The notes beneath the pieces are model-generated. The model made no database searches. It had not been told where the DNA came from and saw only the letters and a program-made list of their open reading frames with translations. Position numbers and translations under genes: made by a program. From Desulfobacterales bacterium (lineage in GTDB: Bacteria; Desulfobacterota; Desulfobacteria; Desulfobacterales; UBA5852), in assembly GCA_963674755.2 (NCBI GenBank), contig CAXXVS010000001.1:352001-416000 (forward strand): a stretch of DNA of 64,000 nucleotides. Direction: 5' to 3'. Shown here in pieces: positions 49,789 to 60,317 of the stretch. Positions within the stretch are counted from its first letter, which is position 1, and every line of letters begins with the position of its first letter.

Positions 49789-50937
49789 TTAGCGAACCTG
49801 TTGCATGACGCCGACAATTTCGCGGCCGAAAGCCCTGTGGCGCCACTGCCGCAGATCAGGGGTTTCGGACAGGTCGGCAAGGGTTTGGGGATGCCGCAGG
49901 GCGATGGCCTGCATCAGGGCCTTGCTGAGCATCAAGCCGGGATCCAGATCCAGCTCCCGGGCCTTGCGGTCGCGCCAGGTCTTCAAGGCGGTCATGCGCT
50001 CGGGGACGCGGGCCGGCATGCGCGGCGCTTTCTGGCGCGGATAAACAGGGAGTTTTTCCTTCGGCGTATCCTGGGCCTGGCGAATAGCCTTGAGCAGGGC
50101 GTTGCCATGGAGCTTGATCTGCTTCGGGCTCAGGGCCTCGGCCTGCTCCAAAGCGCGGGGCGTCAGCGGCATGGCCGTGGCCAGCATCAGCAGGGACTTG
50201 TTCGAAAATACCTTGAATAGGGGGCGGTCCTTGGCTTCTGCCAGCTGGCGCCGCAGTTGCAGGAGCGCTTCCAAAGCTGCCAGGTGGCGCGGCCGCAGGC
50301 GGCCGGCCCCCTTGAAAGCAAGAAACAGGGGCGCCTGGTTCGGCTCGGGCGGACGCACGCGGCGCAGCCAGTCGCATTCTTCCAGCACCCAGGCAAAGCG
50401 TTTTTTGCGGTGAAGCGCTTCTTCCAGCGTGGCTGCCAGCGGCAAAAGATAGTGGACGTCGTGGGCGGCGTAATCCATCATGGCTTCGGGCAGAGGGCGT
50501 TTGGACCAGTCCCTGCGCTGATATTTCTTATCGAGACAAACGCCGAAGTGGTCTCGCAGAACCGCGTCCAGACCGCTTTCATGGCTGCCCAGAAAGCGTG
50601 AAGCCAGCTCGGTATCGAAGAGATTGCGGACTTCGATTTCAAAATCGCGATACAGGGAACGGATATCATAGTCGGCCCCGTGCAGCACCTTGCGAATGCA
50701 CGGGTCGGCCATCACCGGCTTGAGGGCCGACAAGTCGGCCAGCTTGAGCGGATCCAGCACGAGGGTTTCATCGGGCGTGGCGATTTGGATCAGGCAGACT
50801 TTCTCCCGGAAGTGATACATCGAATCGGCCTCCAGGTCGAAGGCGATTTCGTCGTTTTTATGCAGCTGTCGGGCGGCGGCGGCTAACTCGCGGGGCTGGT
50901 CGATGAGGCGGTATCCGTCCGGGTTGTGATTTATCAT
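49789..50937 (-). CDS. rnd: Ribonuclease D (3'-5' exonuclease plus HRDC)
   Basis: FDLEADS, CLIQI, LHGADYD, FDTELA, DWSKRPL, YAAHDV. Confidence 0.9.
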   Translation of the reverse strand: MINHNPDGYRLIDQPRELAAAARQLHKNDEIAFDLEADSMYHFREKVCLIQIATPDETLVLDPLKLADLSALKPVMADPCIRKVLHGADYDIRSLYRDFEIEVRNLFDTELASRFLGSHESGLDAVLRDHFGVCLDKKYQRRDWSKRPLPEAMMDYAAHDVHYLLPLAATLEEALHRKKRFAWVLEECDWLRRVRPPEPNQAPLFLAFKGAGRLRPRHLAALEALLQLRRQLAEAKDRPLFKVFSNKSLLMLATAMPLTPRALEQAEALSPKQIKLHGNALLKAIRQAQDTPKEKLPVYPRQKAPRMPARVPERMTALKTWRDRKARELDLDPGLMLSKALMQAIALRHPQTLADLSETPDLRQWRHRAFGREIVGVMQQVR

Positions 50938-51036
50938 GATTTTGCTTGACCCATCCTTTGGTTTCCCTTAAGTTTTTAAACTTTCGGCGTTTGCCTGCCA
51001 TGGAAGGCACCCCTGTGACGACAAAGCGAGGATACA

Positions 51037-52953
51037 ATGGTCCATATAACACTTCCCGACGGGAGCATAAAGCAGTTTGAAACACCACCTTCCGGGCTGG
51101 ATGTGGCCAAATCCATTTCCGAAGGGCTGGCCCGTGATTGTGTCGCCATGGAAGTCGACGGCCAGGTGCGGGATCTCTACCTGACGATCGAGCAGGATGC
51201 CACCCTGCGCCTGATCACCACGCGCGAGGACGAGGCCCTCGAGATCATGCGCCACAGCGCCGCCCATGTGATGGCCCAGGCGGTTTTGCGGCTCTATGAC
51301 AAGGCCAAGCTGACCATCGGTCCGGTCATCGAGGACGGTTTCTACTACGATATCGATATGGAACCGATATCCGAAGACGATTTCCCCAAGATCGAAGCCG
51401 AGATGCAGAAGATCGTCAAGGCCAAGATCCCGATCCGGCGGGAGGCCATCAGCAAGGCCGAAGCCCTGGCCTTTTACAAAAATGAACCCTACAAACTGGA
51501 GATGATCGAAGACCTCCCCGACGGCACTATTTCGCTCTACCGCCAGGGGGATTTTGTCGATCTTTGCCGGGGGCCGCACGTGCCTCATACCGGATTCGTG
51601 AAGGCCTTCAAGCTGATGAAGGTATCCGGCGCCTACTGGCGGGCGGATCAGAACAAGGCCCAGCTGCAGCGGATATACGGCACGGCCTACTTCGATAAAA
51701 AGGAATTGAAAGCCTACCTGACGTTTCTGGAGGAGGCCCGCAAACGCAACCATCGCAAGATCGGCGAGGCCCAGGAGCTTTTCAGCTTCCACGACGAAGC
51801 GCCCGGCATGCCGTTTTTCCACCCCCGGGGTATGGTGATGTGGAACCTGCTGCTCGATTTCTGGCGGGAGGAGCATCGCCGCGCCGGCTATGTGGAGATC
51901 AAGACACCGATCATGTTGCAGCAGGTCCTCTGGGAGCGCAGCGGGCACTGGGACAACTACCGCGAGAACATGTACACCAGCGAAGTGGATGGCATCGCCT
52001 ATGCCATCAAACCCATGAATTGCCCGGGCGGCATGCTCCTTTATAAAAACCGCCACCACTCCTACCGGGAACTGCCCCTGCGCGTGGCGGAGGTCGGCTT
52101 GGTGCACCGCCATGAACTGAGCGGGGTGCTCTCCGGCCTCTTCCGGGTCCGCGCCTTCCACCAGGACGATGCCCACATTTACATGATGCCCGATCAGATC
52201 GAGGCCGAAATCCTGGGCGTGCTCCGCCTGGTGGAACGCATCTACGGGGTTTTCGGTCTCGGGTTCCATCTGGAACTGTCCACCCGCCCGGAGAAAAGCA
52301 TCGGCACCGACGAACAATGGGCGATCGCCACCGATGGCCTGCGGTCGGCTTTGGAGGCCTATGGGGCCGACTACCAGCTCAATGAAGGCGACGGCGCCTT
52401 CTACGGCCCGAAAATCGACATTCATATCAAGGATGCCCTGGGACGCACCTGGCAATGCGGGACGATTCAGCTCGACATGTCACAGCCGGAGCGGTTTGAC
52501 CTGACCTTTGTGGATCGGGACAACCAGCGCCGGCGTCCCATTATGATCCATCGCACCGTGCTGGGATCCATCGAGCGCTTTTTCGGCATCCTGATCGAAC
52601 ATTTTGCCGGGAAATATCCGCTCTGGCTGACACCGGTGCAGGCGGTGGTCCTGCCCATCAACGATGACATCGCCCCCTATGCCGGATCGCTGCGCGACGA
52701 TCTGACGGCCGCCGGACTACGGGTCGAACTCGACGACCGCACCGAAAGCCTCAACAAAAAAGTGCGCGAAGCCCAACTGCGCCAGATTCCTCTGATCCTT
52801 ACCATCGGCGCCAAGGAGCAGGCCGCCGGCACGCTGTCGGTACGGACCCTGGACGGTCATGTGCGTTACGGCGTGGCCCGTGAGGTCTTCCTGGAAACCG
52901 TTTTAGGCCATGTCCGGGACCGGCAGTTGGACCTCACGATTTTCAATGAATAG
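51037..52953 (+). CDS. thrS: Threonine--tRNA ligase
   Basis: RHSAAH, DLCRGPH, KPMNCP, FHQDDAH, FYGPKID, WQCGTIQLD, GSIERF. Confidence 0.98.
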   Translation: MVHITLPDGSIKQFETPPSGLDVAKSISEGLARDCVAMEVDGQVRDLYLTIEQDATLRLITTREDEALEIMRHSAAHVMAQAVLRLYDKAKLTIGPVIEDGFYYDIDMEPISEDDFPKIEAEMQKIVKAKIPIRREAISKAEALAFYKNEPYKLEMIEDLPDGTISLYRQGDFVDLCRGPHVPHTGFVKAFKLMKVSGAYWRADQNKAQLQRIYGTAYFDKKELKAYLTFLEEARKRNHRKIGEAQELFSFHDEAPGMPFFHPRGMVMWNLLLDFWREEHRRAGYVEIKTPIMLQQVLWERSGHWDNYRENMYTSEVDGIAYAIKPMNCPGGMLLYKNRHHSYRELPLRVAEVGLVHRHELSGVLSGLFRVRAFHQDDAHIYMMPDQIEAEILGVLRLVERIYGVFGLGFHLELSTRPEKSIGTDEQWAIATDGLRSALEAYGADYQLNEGDGAFYGPKIDIHIKDALGRTWQCGTIQLDMSQPERFDLTFVDRDNQRRRPIMIHRTVLGSIERFFGILIEHFAGKYPLWLTPVQAVVLPINDDIAPYAGSLRDDLTAAGLRVELDDRTESLNKKVREAQLRQIPLILTIGAKEQAAGTLSVRTLDGHVRYGVAREVFLETVLGHVRDRQLDLTIFNE

Positions 52954-53029
52954 GACGACTAAGACCGCCCGCGCCCGTCACGCTTCGGGAGGCATCGAAC
53001 CGCCGGGCCTTCCGCCCTGGGCAACAACG

Positions 53030-53434
53030 ATGCGGCGTGTCTTCCGCCATCCGGCCATATCCTGGTCTCTGTTGGCCGGCTATTGCCTGCTGATCTTTAT
53101 CCAGTCCTCCTTGCCGTCCGTCGATATGGGCACTGATCTGCCGGGCTTCGACAAGCTCCTTCATTTGGCCGCCTATACGCTTATGGCTGTACTGGCCTGC
53201 CGCGCTTTCGCCACGCGGCCTGGTCTGCAAAGCGCCCTGGCCCTCTTCCTGGCCGGATTTGCGTTCACGCTTCTGTTCGGTTTGAGCGACGAGTGGCACC
53301 AGTCCTTTGTTCCTGCTCGCACGGCGGACGTGTGGGATTGGGCGGCGGACGGTCTGGGCGCCCTGCTGGGGGCCGGTTTCACCAGCCGGCGCCTTCGTGC
53401 GACGGGACGGCGGGGGGGCACTTTCCCTCGTTGA
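53030..53434 (+). CDS. VanZ family membrane protein
   Basis: DKLLHLAAY, SDEWHQSFVPART, DWAAD. Confidence 0.88.
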   Translation: MRRVFRHPAISWSLLAGYCLLIFIQSSLPSVDMGTDLPGFDKLLHLAAYTLMAVLACRAFATRPGLQSALALFLAGFAFTLLFGLSDEWHQSFVPARTADVWDWAADGLGALLGAGFTSRRLRATGRRGGTFPR

Positions 53435-53579
53435 CAAGACGCCTGGTATTCTATAAAAATTCTAATTCCGAATGATATATAATGCCCGCGCAGAACCGGC
53501 CATGATCCTATGGCCCTCGGCGAACCGGCATGACTGAAGTGATGGCCGTTTCCAGTGGGCCATTAAAAAGGGGAAAACC

Positions 53580-56348
53580 ATGACCGATCAGAATCAGTTG
53601 GTGATGAACGGCAATACGTTCACGTTTGAACCGGGTGAAACCATTCTCGAGGTGGCCCGGCGCCACAGCATTGACATCCCGACCCTGTGTCATTTGAAGG
53701 GCACTACCCCGACCGGCGCCTGCCGGGTCTGCGTGGTGGAGGTGGCAGGGGCCCGGACCCTCCTGCCGGCCTGTGCCACCCCGGCCGGCAAAAATATGGT
53801 CATCCAGACGGAGTCGCCCAAAGTGGTGGAGGCGCGCCGCACGATTATCAAACTACTCCTGGCCTCGGGCAACCACAATTGTGCGGCCCGCGGGTCGGAC
53901 GAGGGCGATTGGACCGCTTTCCAGCTGGCCGTGGAAGAAGGCGATCGGAGCGACCAGCTCTGCCCGGTATGGGGAGACTGCCGGTTGCAGGATCTGGCCT
54001 ACCGCTACCAGGTGACCGGCGAAGGACTCCCGGGGACGGTGATTCCTTATCCCATCGAAGATGTGAATCCCTTTATCGTGAGGGATTTTTCACGCTGCAT
54101 CCTCTGCGGGCGCTGTGTGCAGGCCTGCAACGAGGTCCAGGTCAACAAAGCGATCAGTTTCGGATTCCGGGGGTCGGAGAGCAAGATCGTGGCCGCCGGC
54201 GACAAGCCCCTCAAGGATTCCGATTGCGTTTTCTGCGGGGAGTGCGTTCAGGCCTGTCCGGTGGGGGCCCTGGTGGAAAAAAAGGTCCGCTACGAGGTGC
54301 GGCCCTGGGAAACCCGCAAGGTGCGCACCACCTGCACCTACTGCGGTGTCGGCTGCCAGATCCATCTGCATGTGCGCGACAACCATGTGGTGAAAGTAAC
54401 CGGTGTGGAGGACGTGGCACCCAACTACGGCAGCCTGTGCGTCAAAGGGCGCTTCGGATACCCGTTTATCGATGCGCCTGACCGGCTGACCAAGCCCCTG
54501 ATCAGGAAAGACGGCGAATTCAAAGAGGCTTCCTGGGACGAGGCCCTGGATTTCGTGGCCGGCAAATTGGCGGCCATCAAGGACAGCCACGGACCGGAAA
54601 GCATCGGCCTGCTGACCTCGGCCCGCATTACGAACGAAGAAAATTATGTGGCTCAGAAGTTTGCCCGGGCGGTGTTGCAAACCAACAATGTGGACCATTG
54701 CGCCCGTCTCTGACATAGCTCCACCGTGGCCGGTCTGGCCGCAGCCTTCGGCAGTGGGGCAATGACCAACACCATCGCCTGTGTCGAGGAAGCCGATGTC
54801 ATTCTGATCACCGGTTCCAACACCACCGAGAATCACCCGGTGATATCGGCCGGGGTCAAGCGGGCCGTATCGTCCGGACGGGCCCGCCTGATCGTGGTGG
54901 ATCCACGCCGCATCAAGGTTGCCGAGTTCGCCGATTGCTATCTGCGGCCCAATCTCGGTACGGATGTGGCCTGGATCAACGGTATGCTCAACGTCATCAT
55001 TAGCGAGAATCTGCAGGATGCGGCCTTTGTCGCGGAACGCACCGAAGCCTTCGAAGAAATGAAGGCCCTGGTGGCGAAGTATACCCCGGACTACGTGGAA
55101 AGCATTACCGGCATTCCGGCCGCGCAGCTGATCGAAGCCGCCCGGCTGTACGCCAAGGCCAAGGTGGGCAACATCATCTATTGTATGGGAATTACCCAGC
55201 ACACCTGCGGCACGGACAACGTCAAATCCCTGGCCAATCTGGCCATGCTGTGCGGCAACCTCGGCATGCGGGGCGGCGGCGTGAACCCTCTGCGGGGCCA
55301 GAACAATGTGCAGGGGGCCTGCGACATGGGCGGCCTTCCCAATGTGTTTACGGCCTACCAGCCGGTGACCAATGAGGATACCAGCCAGAAAATGGCCGCC
55401 GCCTGGGGGGTCGCGCACTTGTCCACCAGCGTCGGCATGAAAGCCACCGACATGATTCCGGCGGCCCACGACGGCCGCCTGAAAGCCCTCTATGTCATCG
55501 GGGAAAATCCGCTGGTGTCCGATCCGGACCTGAATCATGCCGAAGACAGTCTGGCGCATCTCGATTTGCTGGTGGTGCAGGATCTTTTCCTGACCGAAAC
55601 CGCCCGCAAGGCCGACGTGGTGCTGCCCAGCCGGTGTTTCGCTGAAAAGGACGGCACCTTCTCCAACACCGAACGGCGGGTGCAGCGGGTGCGCAAGGCG
55701 GTGGATGCTCCGGGGGAAGCCTGGGACGACTGGAAAATTGTGACGGCCATCGCCGAGCGGATGGGCTATGCCATGACGTATGCCGACAGCGAAGCCATTT
55801 TCGAGGAAATCCGCCAGGTGACGCCCAGCTATGCGGGCATTACTTATGACCGTATTGACAAGGAGGGGCTGCACTGGCCCTGCCTGAACGAAGAACATCC
55901 CGGCACGCCGGTCCTTCACAGCCTGCAGTTCACCCGCGGCAAGGGCCTGTTCCATGCCATCGAATGGCAGCCACCGGTGGAAGTGCCCGACCAGGAGTAC
56001 CCGCTCTATCTGACCACCGGGCGCATCCTTTACCACTACCATACGGGTACCATGACCATGCGTTCGGAAGATCTCATGGAGAGGGCGCCGGAGAGTTTTG
56101 TTGAAATGACGCCCCAGGATGCCGCCGCCCATGGTCTGGCCGATGGCGGCCGGGTCAGCATCGCCTCCCGACGGGGAGCCATCGAAGCCCGGGTGAAGGT
56201 TTCCCGCAAAGCCGTGGCCGGTACGGTGTTCATCCCCTTTCACTTCGCCCAGGGAGCGGCCAATAAATTGACCAACGCCGCCCTGGATCCTGTGTCGGGG
56301 ATTCCCGAATACAAAGTGTGTGCCGTTAAATTGACCCCGGCTCCCTGA
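53580..56348 (+). CDS. fdhF: Cytoplasmic formate dehydrogenase alpha subunit, selenocysteine-containing (UGA at 54711-54713)
   Basis: 2Fe-2S and 4Fe-4S N-terminus, CTYCGVGC, DHCARL-TGA-HSSTVAGL in frame, LRGQNNVQGACD, PEYKVCAV. Confidence 0.95.
54711..54752 (+). promoter_or_regulatory. Sec codon plus putative bacterial SECIS hairpin
   Basis: TGA followed ~15 nt later by GGCCGG-TCT-GGCC hairpin. Confidence 0.75.
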
Positions 56349-56372
56349 CGCGCCGGCCGCATGGAAGAACCA

Positions 56373-56410
56373 AAAAAGCCCCCGGCTTGAATTCAAGCCG
56401 GGGGCTTTTT
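56373..56410. terminator. Bidirectional intrinsic terminator (perfect 38 bp palindrome)
   Basis: AAAAAGCCCCCGGCTTGAA|TTCAAGCCGGGGGCTTTTT between convergent fdh and metV. Confidence 0.9.
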
Positions 56411-56487
56411 GATTTTGGGGGCGCCAGCCGTAACATTCCTCAATCGTTTTGCCGTGCCGGGCCGCAGCAGATGTGAGATGCGAAGCG

Positions 56488-57162
56488 CTATTTTTCTTTG
56501 TAACGGGCCGCGTATTCGTCCTGCACGATTATGCGGCGGGTCTGGTTTTGCCACTGCATGGCCGGTTTGATTTTTTTGATGTCGTTCAGACGGTTTTGTG
56601 CTTTCAGGCGGTTGTAGATATCCTGCCATGCGCAGGGGATCTCGTTGCTGACCTCACAGTTGCCGTTATTCGTGCCGCCGCAGGGGCCGTTGAACAGGCC
56701 CTTGGCACAGCGGGTGATCGGGCAGATGCCGCCGGTATAGCCCAGCACGCATTCACCGCAAGCCCGGCAGCGCTCTTCGTAGACGCCGATATTACGATCG
56801 ATGCCGATGGCGATGGTGTTGACCGCCGGAAAGACGGGCTTGTCAGGATAGCGCTCCGCCAGCAGTTGTACGCCGGCGCCGCAGGCCATGGACATCAAAC
56901 CGTCGTAGCGGGCGACGCGCTGGTCCAAATCGGTCAGGAAAGCCTCGTTGCACTGCCGCTCGACGGTAAATCCGTCCACACGGGTCTGGCGATTATCGTT
57001 TTTCAGAGCCAGATTCAGTTTAGCGTTCAGCAGGTTGACTTCCTTCTGGCCGCCGGCCAGGCAGACGGATACGCAGCCCCCGCAACCGACATTCAGCACG
57101 CGGGTATAATTTTCAATCGCCTGCTTGATTTCTTCCAGGGGTTTTCTTTTTGCTTTTACCAC
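56488..57162 (-). CDS. metV: Methylene-THF reductase small subunit MetV (MTHFR_C domain)
   Basis: KPLEEI, GCGGCVSVC..GG, ERQC, CGAGVQ, CRACGECVL..TGGICPITRCAKGLFNGPCGG; GTG after GGAGG. Confidence 0.92.
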   Translation of the reverse strand: MVKAKRKPLEEIKQAIENYTRVLNVGCGGCVSVCLAGGQKEVNLLNAKLNLALKNDNRQTRVDGFTVERQCNEAFLTDLDQRVARYDGLMSMACGAGVQLLAERYPDKPVFPAVNTIAIGIDRNIGVYEERCRACGECVLGYTGGICPITRCAKGLFNGPCGGTNNGNCEVSNEIPCAWQDIYNRLKAQNRLNDIKKIKPAMQWQNQTRRIIVQDEYAARYKEK

Positions 57163-57199
57163 TTGCGACCTCCAAGGTGGATGAATTACGGATGCGTGT

Positions 57200-57613
57200 T
57201 TAGTTTCCCGCCCGGTGGCAGTCACCGCACATCTCGGGCCCGGACGGCTGGCCGGATTTGCGGACCGCGATATGGCACCCTATGCATTGGCGGTGAAACG
57301 CGTCCTGCAGATCAGGGTCCGTCTGGTCGTTGTGACAATTTGCGCACTGAATGGCCGGATTGCCTTCTTCCAGGGTATCCTCGTCCAGCACGTTCACCCC
57401 ATCCTGGTAATCGTGGTGGCAATCCAGGCACTCATAAAGTCCCATGTGCACTTCATGAGGGAAAATCACGGGTGACCGTTGCGCTTCCCCGGGGTTCCCC
57501 ATGCTCAGCTCGATTTCCTCCTCCTGGGCTAAGGCGACGGTCACCGGAATCAGGCCGATGATGGCGATAATGGCGGCTGCCGCCCATATCAGGGATCGCT
57601 TGTTCCACGTCAT
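57200..57613 (-). CDS. Acidic tetraheme cytochrome c3 (TmcA-like)
   Basis: Signal peptide, FPHEVH, four CxxCH (CLDCH, CANCH, CIGCH, CGDCH). Confidence 0.92.
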   Translation of the reverse strand: MTWNKRSLIWAAAAIIAIIGLIPVTVALAQEEEIELSMGNPGEAQRSPVIFPHEVHMGLYECLDCHHDYQDGVNVLDEDTLEEGNPAIQCANCHNDQTDPDLQDAFHRQCIGCHIAVRKSGQPSGPEMCGDCHRAGN

Positions 57614-57694
57614 TGCTGTTGCCGTACCTTTCTTTGCGGGCTTACCGTATGCTGAAGGCGCTTTCAATCGACTTGCCATTCGCAGGGGGCTCTA

Positions 57695-58090
57695 TTAAGC
57701 CGGTTGCTCAAGTTCGCTCCACTGGAAATAGACCTCCTGGGAGCGGCAGATGTCGCGCGCCAGGGCGATCATCTCGGGTATGTCGATGCCCAGCGGACAG
57801 TAGCAGCGTGTGCACAGCACGCATCGCCGCCACACAATTTCTTTGATTTCTTCGAGACCCGCCCGATCCACCGCGCCTTTTTTCTTGTAGAGCCTCCCGA
57901 TGGAATTGATAAACTTGTGGGAGGGCATGTAGCGGGGGTCCTTGTCGTTGACATGGTATAAAAAGCAGCTGTCCGCACAGAGGCTGCAGTGGGCGCACAC
58001 CCGCAGTGCGGTTTTCATTTTGTCCTTGTGCTGATCCAGCATGCGCCGGATTTCGTTCTGATCAACGGGAGCTTGTTCGTTTGCGCTCAT
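57695..58090 (-). CDS. 4Fe-4S dicluster protein (TmcB/DsrK N-terminal domain only)
   Basis: CAHCSLCADSC, CVLCTRCYCPLGID; 131 aa, no CCG domain. Confidence 0.85.
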   Translation of the reverse strand: MSANEQAPVDQNEIRRMLDQHKDKMKTALRVCAHCSLCADSCFLYHVNDKDPRYMPSHKFINSIGRLYKKKGAVDRAGLEEIKEIVWRRCVLCTRCYCPLGIDIPEMIALARDICRSQEVYFQWSELEQPA

Positions 58091-58115
58091 TGCTGTCTCC
58101 ACGGGTCGGCGGTGC

Positions 58116-58799
58116 CTATCGCCAAATGCGGCTTCCGCCGGCACCGAGGGTGTTCTCGTGTACCAGCACGAACCGGTTGATGAAAAAATAGGGCATATGC
58201 ACCAGCTTGGTGAATGGTATGGCCATCAGCATGATTTCGCCGGCCAGCATGTGCAGCACGATGACCGTGTCGTAGTCGAACAATTGATGGTAGGCCAGAA
58301 ACCCCGTCACAAACGGTGCGGTCGCTATGAGCAGCACCAGATAATCGTAGGGTGTCGAAATGGCGCGCACGCGGTCCAGGAAAATGCGGCGCAGGAGAAA
58401 GAAAATGCCGCCGGCGATCACCACGACGGTGAAGCCGTCGCCCAGCACTTCCGGCAAGCTGGGCAGGCTGGCATGCCAGGCCACGTCCAAGAGAACATTA
58501 TGTCCCAGAACGAAAAAGGGGGTCAAAACCAGGAACAGGTGGAAGATGGTGGTAACTGCCGTCATGATCGGGTTGACACCGACCACGCTCAGCCGCACCT
58601 GCTGCCACCATGTTAACACGGGTTCGGCCGGGGTCTCGTCTGGCTCTTTGGGCGGTTTGCCGAACGGGATCCGCAGGCGGAAAGGCTCTTTCGGCCGGCT
58701 TAAACGGTAAAAGCGGTAGATTTGATAAGCCGTGCCGAAGATGAAAACCAGAAAGGCGACCCACACCAATGGTCCCCTGATAAAATCGTACATGGACAT
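58116..58799 (-). CDS. Membrane cytochrome b of the NarI/TmcC/HmcE family
   Basis: GPLVWVAF, IFHL, LGHN, PFVTGFLAYH, LHMLAGE, PFTKLVHM. Confidence 0.88.
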   Translation of the reverse strand: MSMYDFIRGPLVWVAFLVFIFGTAYQIYRFYRLSRPKEPFRLRIPFGKPPKEPDETPAEPVLTWWQQVRLSVVGVNPIMTAVTTIFHLFLVLTPFFVLGHNVLLDVAWHASLPSLPEVLGDGFTVVVIAGGIFFLLRRIFLDRVRAISTPYDYLVLLIATAPFVTGFLAYHQLFDYDTVIVLHMLAGEIMLMAIPFTKLVHMPYFFINRFVLVHENTLGAGGSRIWR

Positions 58800-58881
58800 C
58801 TCCCGAATCGTTCAGCCCTTATGGCCGGGCGAAAAGGGCGCGCATGGCAAGACAGCCCGCTGCGATGCGGCGCCCCGATGG

Positions 58882-59802
58882 TTAGACTTGCGGTCGGGGG
58901 AGGACGCCGGCGCGCTCGGCGATTTCCGGAACCCGGTGCTCCCACTCGATGGCCATGAGATGCACGCCGGCAACGCCTTTCATTTCCTTGAATTCTTCAA
59001 TCTGTTCGCAGGCCATTTTGATGCCTTCATCGGCCTGTTTTTTCTTGTCCACTCCCTGGAGGCGCTTGATGATGTCATCGGGCACATCCATGCCCGGCAC
59101 CTTGCTCTTCATGTAGCGCGCCATACCGAGGCTCTTCATGGGGGTGACGCCGGCCAGGATATAAACTTTTTCGGTGAGCCCCATGTCGTTGGCCTGACGG
59201 ACCCATTCCCGCATCTTCTCCATGTTGTAGATGCATTGGGTCTGAACGAAATCCGCCCCGGCTTCCACTTTTTTGGCCAGGCGGTGAACACGCCACTCGA
59301 AAGGTTCCGCGAAAGGATTGGCCGCCGCCCCGATAAACATCTGGGGCGGGCCGTCGATTTTGGCGCCGCTCAGGAAAAGGCCCTCATCGCGCATGCGTTT
59401 GGTCATGCCGATCAATTGGATGGAGTCGATGTCATAGACGCCTTTGGCGTTGGGATGATCGCCGAATTGCTGATGATCGCCGGAAAGGCAGAGCATGTTG
59501 CGAATCCCGTGCGCATAAGCGCCCAGGATATCGGCCTGCATGGCCAAGCGGTTCCGGTCGCGGCAGACCATCTGGTAGTTCGGCTCGAGCCCCTCCTGAA
59601 TGGCGACCAGGGCGGCGGCCCAGCTAGACATGCGCACCATCGCGGTCTGGTTGTCGGTGATATTCACCGAGTCCACCATCCCTTTCAGTGGGGCGGCCTT
59701 TTCACGAACCGCTTCGACATTCGAACCTCGAGGTGGTCCCAATTCCCCGGTAAATGCGAAGTGCCCTGCGTTGAGAATTTTGGCAAGTCTGCTCTCACTC
59801 AT
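58882..59802 (-). CDS. metF: Methylenetetrahydrofolate reductase
   Basis: ELGPPRG, NITDNQ, CRDRNRLAMQAD, LSGDH, KKVEAGADFVQTQ, GVHLMAI. Confidence 0.95.
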   Translation of the reverse strand: MSESRLAKILNAGHFAFTGELGPPRGSNVEAVREKAAPLKGMVDSVNITDNQTAMVRMSSWAAALVAIQEGLEPNYQMVCRDRNRLAMQADILGAYAHGIRNMLCLSGDHQQFGDHPNAKGVYDIDSIQLIGMTKRMRDEGLFLSGAKIDGPPQMFIGAAANPFAEPFEWRVHRLAKKVEAGADFVQTQCIYNMEKMREWVRQANDMGLTEKVYILAGVTPMKSLGMARYMKSKVPGMDVPDDIIKRLQGVDKKKQADEGIKMACEQIEEFKEMKGVAGVHLMAIEWEHRVPEIAERAGVLPRPQV

Positions 59803-59895
59803 AAATTGTCCCTCTGTTCACAATGCGGTCCAGGCGTTGGTGATCAGTTGTTGCGACGTTAGCGGTCACGATGACCCTATAGCAGCTGTCAAGAA

Positions 59896-59931
59896 TTTTA
59901 AAATATGTCACAAGATCCGCCGTAGTGTCAA
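59896..59931 (-). promoter_or_regulatory. metF promoter with overlapping Rex-like box
   Basis: Minus strand TTGACA (59931-59926) then TTGTGACATATTTTAAAA (59913-59896), 15/18 match to TTGTGAAATATTTCACAA. Confidence 0.5.
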
Positions 59932-60317
59932 GACGATGGGGCGATCTGTAATAAGAATATCTGTCCGGAATAAATGAAGCAATATGAACAAGATCCATGT
60001 ATTGAATTGCATTCAATTATTAGGGCGTGACCGGTCCTGCGGGTCGGCGGCAGAGATGTCCCGGCGGTGCTTTTGGGGGCACATGCCGGTATTCCGCCAG
60101 AGCCTTTGCTTCCGGGCGTAATTCTGACCGATAGACCCGTCATGGGGTTTGCGTTCTGATCTATTCGGAAGATGGCGAGAGCGCCGGAAGTCTTGGGGGC
60201 AACTTTTAATGCGGTTTAATCCGCCAAAGGCGGACAAGGGGTTAATATGTCTTCGCTTGCGGCGTTGGATGGCCTTTATCGATACGCAGCTGCTTTGCGA
60301 CGGGGCAGTTCATTGGG

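Noticed and set aside
53431..53579. Moco/Wco riboswitch upstream of fdh
   Set aside because: Small hairpins are present but the conserved motif elements were not recognisable.
54726..56348. Separate 540 aa gene or nonsense-mutated fdh pseudogene
   Set aside because: Explained by selenocysteine read-through of the UGA at 54711.
54090..56396. 768 aa minus-strand ORF and similar long antisense ORFs (e.g. 7342..8784, 26587..28209, 41170..42513, 50968..52455)
   Set aside because: Shadow frames opposite well-supported genes, expected with high GC3; no recognisable motifs.
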